Of a DNA stretch of 51,587 nt, positions 48,148-51,587 are shown piece by piece (the first letter of the stretch is position 1; every line of letters begins with the position of its first letter). The translations under genes and the position numbers were made by a program. The DNA lies in the sequence record SRR31156797_4606; one strand, written 5' to 3'. The notes under the pieces were generated by a model, which saw only the letters and a program-made list of their open reading frames with translations, did not search any database and was not told the origin of the DNA.

Positions 48148-49656
48148 GTGAACAAGTTTAAAGTATTACTAGGCGGCTCAGTTACAGCGATTATTGCTAT
48201 GGGATTTCTGGCTAATTCCATCAGCGGTAAACAAGCTGAACAGGCAGCTATCAATACCAGCCCTGTTGTTAAAGCTGAAGGCATCGAAAGTAAAAGTGAG
48301 GAATGGGCAAGGTATTACCCACGCCAATATGACTCCTGGAAAAAGACCAAAGAAAGTGACAAGATCGAGGATATGCTGGAAAAGAAACCGCAGCTGGCTG
48401 TACTCTGGGCCGGATATGGTTTTGCAAAGGATTACAATGCACCTCGCGGTCACTTTTACGCTATCCAGGATAATGTTAACACCTTGCGAACCGGGGCTCC
48501 GGTAGGACCGATAACAGGCCCCATGCCAACCGCATGCTGGACATGTAAAAGCCCGGACGTACCCAGGGTGATGGATGAAGAAGGGGAGAATGAATACTTT
48601 ACCGGCAAATGGGCAAGACTCGGCGACCAAATTGTTAACCCCATCGGGTGTGGAGACTGCCATGACAGTAAAACTGCTAATCTTGTTATTACCCGTCCTT
48701 ACCTGAAACGTGCGCTTGAGGCAAGTGGAACAAATCTCGACGATATTACCCACCAGGAAATGCGCTCTCTGGTTTGTGCACAATGTCACTCAGAGTACTA
48801 TTTCAAGCCGACTGAATATACCGACAAAGATGGCAAAGACCAGGTGGCAAAAGTTGTTACCTTTCCTTGGGCAGAAGGTTTAAGTGCCGAATCCATGGAG
48901 ATCTACTACAACAATTATGGATTTAAAGATTGGACCCATAAAATCAGCAAAGCGCCTATGTTGAAAGCGCAGCATCCTGGATACGAAATATACACAACAG
49001 GCATTCATGCGCAACGTGGAGTCGCTTGTGCTGATTGCCACATGCCGTATAAACAAGAGGGATCCGTGAAGTTCTCTGATCATCACATTGGCAGCCCCCT
49101 TGATAATATTGCTAACACCTGCCTTAACTGTCACAAGGAATCAGAAGAGGAATTTAAGGCTGTTGTTAAGCGTAAGCTGGAGAGAAAAGATCAGCTTATG
49201 GAAATTGCAATGGATAACCTTGGTAAAGCACATATAGAAGCTGGCAAAGCATGGGAATCCGGAGCAACTGAAGACGAGATGAACGACGTCCTCGAACTGA
49301 TCCGCTCCGGACAATGGCTGTGGGATTATTCCATAGCTAGCCACGGCTCTTTTTATCATGCACCGGAAGAAACCCTGCGGCTCTTAAGTGTTGCAAATGA
49401 AAAGGCTCAGCAGGCTAGGTTAAAGCTTGTAGCAGTGCTTGCTAAACACGATGTGTTTGACTATGTCGCACCCGATTTTTCCACCAAAGAAAAAGCCCAA
49501 GAAATAGCTGGGGTACCACTGCAAAAGCTGGTTGACGAAAAACTGGCATTCAAAGCAGCTCTTGTTCAAGAGTGGAATAAAAAGGCTGCTGCAGAAGGTC
49601 GGTTGAACATGGACACACGAAAAAACATGAGTGATAACGCATCATATACCCAATAA
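48148..49656 (+). CDS. nrfA: Ammonia-forming pentaheme cytochrome c nitrite reductase
   Basis: CWTCK active-site heme, four CxxCH motifs, KAQHP. GTG start at 48148 after GGAGG. Confidence 0.96.
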   Translation: MNKFKVLLGGSVTAIIAMGFLANSISGKQAEQAAINTSPVVKAEGIESKSEEWARYYPRQYDSWKKTKESDKIEDMLEKKPQLAVLWAGYGFAKDYNAPRGHFYAIQDNVNTLRTGAPVGPITGPMPTACWTCKSPDVPRVMDEEGENEYFTGKWARLGDQIVNPIGCGDCHDSKTANLVITRPYLKRALEASGTNLDDITHQEMRSLVCAQCHSEYYFKPTEYTDKDGKDQVAKVVTFPWAEGLSAESMEIYYNNYGFKDWTHKISKAPMLKAQHPGYEIYTTGIHAQRGVACADCHMPYKQEGSVKFSDHHIGSPLDNIANTCLNCHKESEEEFKAVVKRKLERKDQLMEIAMDNLGKAHIEAGKAWESGATEDEMNDVLELIRSGQWLWDYSIASHGSFYHAPEETLRLLSVANEKAQQARLKLVAVLAKHDVFDYVAPDFSTKEKAQEIAGVPLQKLVDEKLAFKAALVQEWNKKAAAEGRLNMDTRKNMSDNASYTQ

Positions 49657-49683
49657 TCACCTTTAATTCGTCAATTTTGAACA

Positions 49684-49718
49684 AAAGGATTGCCGGTGTT
49701 ACAAACCGGCAATCCTTT
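49684..49718 (+). terminator. Intrinsic terminator after nrfA
   Basis: AAAGGATTGCCGGT-N7-ACCGGCAATCCTTT, a 14-bp stem. Confidence 0.8.
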
Positions 49719-49838
49719 GAGATAACACCAGATACCCATTGCCTGGTAATGAGTATTTCACAAGTCCGGCAGCCTCTACGCAATGCCTCGACCACATAAG
49801 GTTGCTTAAGCGCAGCCTCCTCCCATCTTGATTTAGAT

Positions 49839-49953
49839 CAGCTCGGATATACATACGCTTTTTTCGCAGGCTCAGCTACGATGCACTTCTCATGCTGATC
49901 ATTGCCCTGGTGGTTTACTAATTAGCGCCGGGAAGAACCTCTCCAAACAAATA
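49839..49953 (+). pseudogene. Degenerate copy of the 3' end of the HPP gene
   Basis: Aligns to 46631-46740 (shared TTCTCATGCTGATCATTGCCCTG; AATTAGC.CC.GGAAGAAC) but carries an indel and a stop. Confidence 0.75.
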
Positions 49954-49963
49954 AAGGATCATT

Positions 49964-50305
49964 ATGCATTTTGTTCGCTTGCTCCCGGTTTTCTTCAGCT
50001 CGGTTCTCATTGCTGCCCATTTTCAACGAGCCGGTGCTACGCTCGTTGCCGTGTTCTGTCTTCTTGCTCCTTGCTTGCTTTTTATCAGGCGTCCTTGGAG
50101 TACCCGGATTATCCAAGGACTACTCATTGTGTATGCACTGGAATGGGGTAGAACCTTGGTTAACTTGGTTCAACTACGCCTGGGATATGGTATGCCTTGG
50201 GTACGACTGGCTATTATACTTTGTGGTGTCGCTCTTTTTACTGCATTGTCGACCCTGGTCTTTCGCTCCCCTGGCATGCAAAAAAAAATCGCCCCAAAAA
50301 CCTAA
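49964..50305 (+). CDS. Small hypothetical membrane protein (3-4 TM)
   Basis: 113-aa hydrophobic ORF; AAGGA RBS; LIAAHFQRAG and PWVRLAIIL. Confidence 0.75.
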   Translation: MHFVRLLPVFFSSVLIAAHFQRAGATLVAVFCLLAPCLLFIRRPWSTRIIQGLLIVYALEWGRTLVNLVQLRLGYGMPWVRLAIILCGVALFTALSTLVFRSPGMQKKIAPKT

Positions 50306-50514
50306 CCACCGTGAACAGCTCTCAATACATTTACCATTTTCACGCCATTATGGTGTCCATATAGGCATATATACCCTGGTATCAAAAGCTCCTGTTTTGT
50401 TCTCCCCAACCAAAGGGCAGAACCATAACTGCATTATTTTTGATCTTTTTTATCATTGAAGTGAGGTAATTGTTGCTTTAAGAAACGTAACTCGATGATC
50501 ACCATTTCTGTATT

Positions 50515-51375
50515 TCATTTCGACGTAATAATTTTTGCAGCCTCTTCTCTCAATACGCTTATGTTCATCGGCTTTGCAAGATATTGAATCTTCTTTTCAT
50601 CAAAAAAAGTTTGCCTCTTTACAGAGAGGTCACCTGTCATAAATAGAAATCTGTTTTTTGATGACGGAAATTTTTCTACGGCCTCATTATAGAAACGTAT
50701 CCCATCCATTTTGGGCATGTCGATATCAGAGACTATTAGTTTATAATATTTCCCCTCCATCATTCCGAGAGCTTCTTGACCATTATGCGCAATATCAATG
50801 TTCCCAGACCGATTAAGGAGTGACTTAATTAGCCTTGTAATTATTTCTTCATCGTCAACTATCAGGATATTTTCTATCCATACAAGTGGTAGTGCTTTTA
50901 TCTTCTGCAGTGCTTCCGTTCGCCCTTCCACTGTCTCTATATAGTGTTCAATCTCCTTAATATGAGCTTGTATTCTTGCGGCTGGATATTTAAACTTACA
51001 GGTTTTATCTTTCAAAAAATTGACAACGTAAAGGAATATGTCATTCCATTCTGAAAGCTCAACCTCAACTACTTTTTCAATGAGTTCATCTCTGGAAAGA
51101 GTTCCTTCTTTGGTGCCATTGTCGATTTCCGAAAAATACCTTTTGATTTTATCACTTGTTTTGTCGTCAATGGAAATGACGGGCAAGAAATCAGGCTCGT
51201 TCGAGAGATAATCTGCCGCACTCCCCATAATATGATAGTGCCAAGCTTCCTCTTCTGCTGTGTGTTCTAAAAATTTTTTAAGATTTGCATCATTTGCATA
51301 AAATAGAGCAGCCTGCGAATATACTTTATTTGCTAACTGTTCGATTGTACGAACCCATTTGATGATTTCTTTCAT
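50515..51375 (-). CDS. Response regulator with N-terminal ferritin/rubrerythrin-like domain and C-terminal REC
   Basis: EQLANKVY...EEEAWH; ILIVDDE; IVSDIDMPKMDG; LAKP; GAGGA RBS. Confidence 0.82.
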   Translation of the reverse strand: MKEIIKWVRTIEQLANKVYSQAALFYANDANLKKFLEHTAEEEAWHYHIMGSAADYLSNEPDFLPVISIDDKTSDKIKRYFSEIDNGTKEGTLSRDELIEKVVEVELSEWNDIFLYVVNFLKDKTCKFKYPAARIQAHIKEIEHYIETVEGRTEALQKIKALPLVWIENILIVDDEEIITRLIKSLLNRSGNIDIAHNGQEALGMMEGKYYKLIVSDIDMPKMDGIRFYNEAVEKFPSSKNRFLFMTGDLSVKRQTFFDEKKIQYLAKPMNISVLREEAAKIITSK

Positions 51376-51587
51376 TATATCCTCAACAGAGCAAAGGCGA
51401 TTTTACAGCCTATGGTTTATGCTTTACTTTTTTGGTAAAATATCTCTTCGGCAGCCTATAAAGGCAACATGTCCACAACTCAACCTATCCCGAATTTCTC
51501 ATGAACTTTTTTGTTTTCGACTCAACCGCTTAATATTTAAAGAAAATACGGTGGCGCTAAAAATACAGACTGTTTTTTCGTCGATAA

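Noticed and set aside
48178-49359. Minus-strand ORFs inside nrfA, including the 203-aa 48178..48789
   Set aside because: Antisense shadows of a well-supported gene.
49828-49841. FNR-like box TTGATTTAGATCAG upstream of the 113-aa membrane gene
   Set aside because: It has one mismatch and overlaps the junction of the decayed HPP copy, so it may be incidental; not listed as a feature.

Overview
A 51.6 kb bacterial chromosomal window. Gene content (nrfHA, a sigma-54 cascade, a geopeptide-type radical SAM enzyme, proVWX) suggests an anaerobic, probably marine Desulfobacterota such as a Desulfocapsaceae/Desulfobulbales relative; this is inference. From left to right it holds: (1) a TonB-dependent receptor (TBDR) / YfiR / hybrid kinase module; (2) a probable phosphate-starvation lipid-remodelling region (DUF1045, PIN-PhoH, plcP-like + agt-like, a second GT4, DedA, a plant-MGD-like GT28) with Pho-box-like 11-bp repeats; (3) K+/anion transporters; (4) an M20 peptidase and a LIV-type ABC importer; (5) an AT-richer island at about 22.5-33.1 kb; (6) proVWX + MarR, with an 8 x 15-bp operator-like array upstream; (7) map; (8) an operon for a signal-peptide-bearing GWD/PPDK-type dikinase, a serine hydrolase and an NTT-family nucleotide translocase; (9) an HPP protein and nrfHA, with an unannotated translationally coupled 35-aa membrane ORF; (10) a ferritin-like/REC protein. 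In the island, an unannotated 32-aa Cys-Cys precursor peptide (31304..31402) and a radical SAM/SPASM maturase follow a TBDR, divergent from a periplasmic binding protein, two kinases and a sigma-54 activator. The two best candidates for undescribed systems are this RiPP-signalling island and the exported dikinase + ATP translocase operon. I found no rRNA, tRNA or CRISPR array. All family calls come from recognising motifs by eye; no database search was run.
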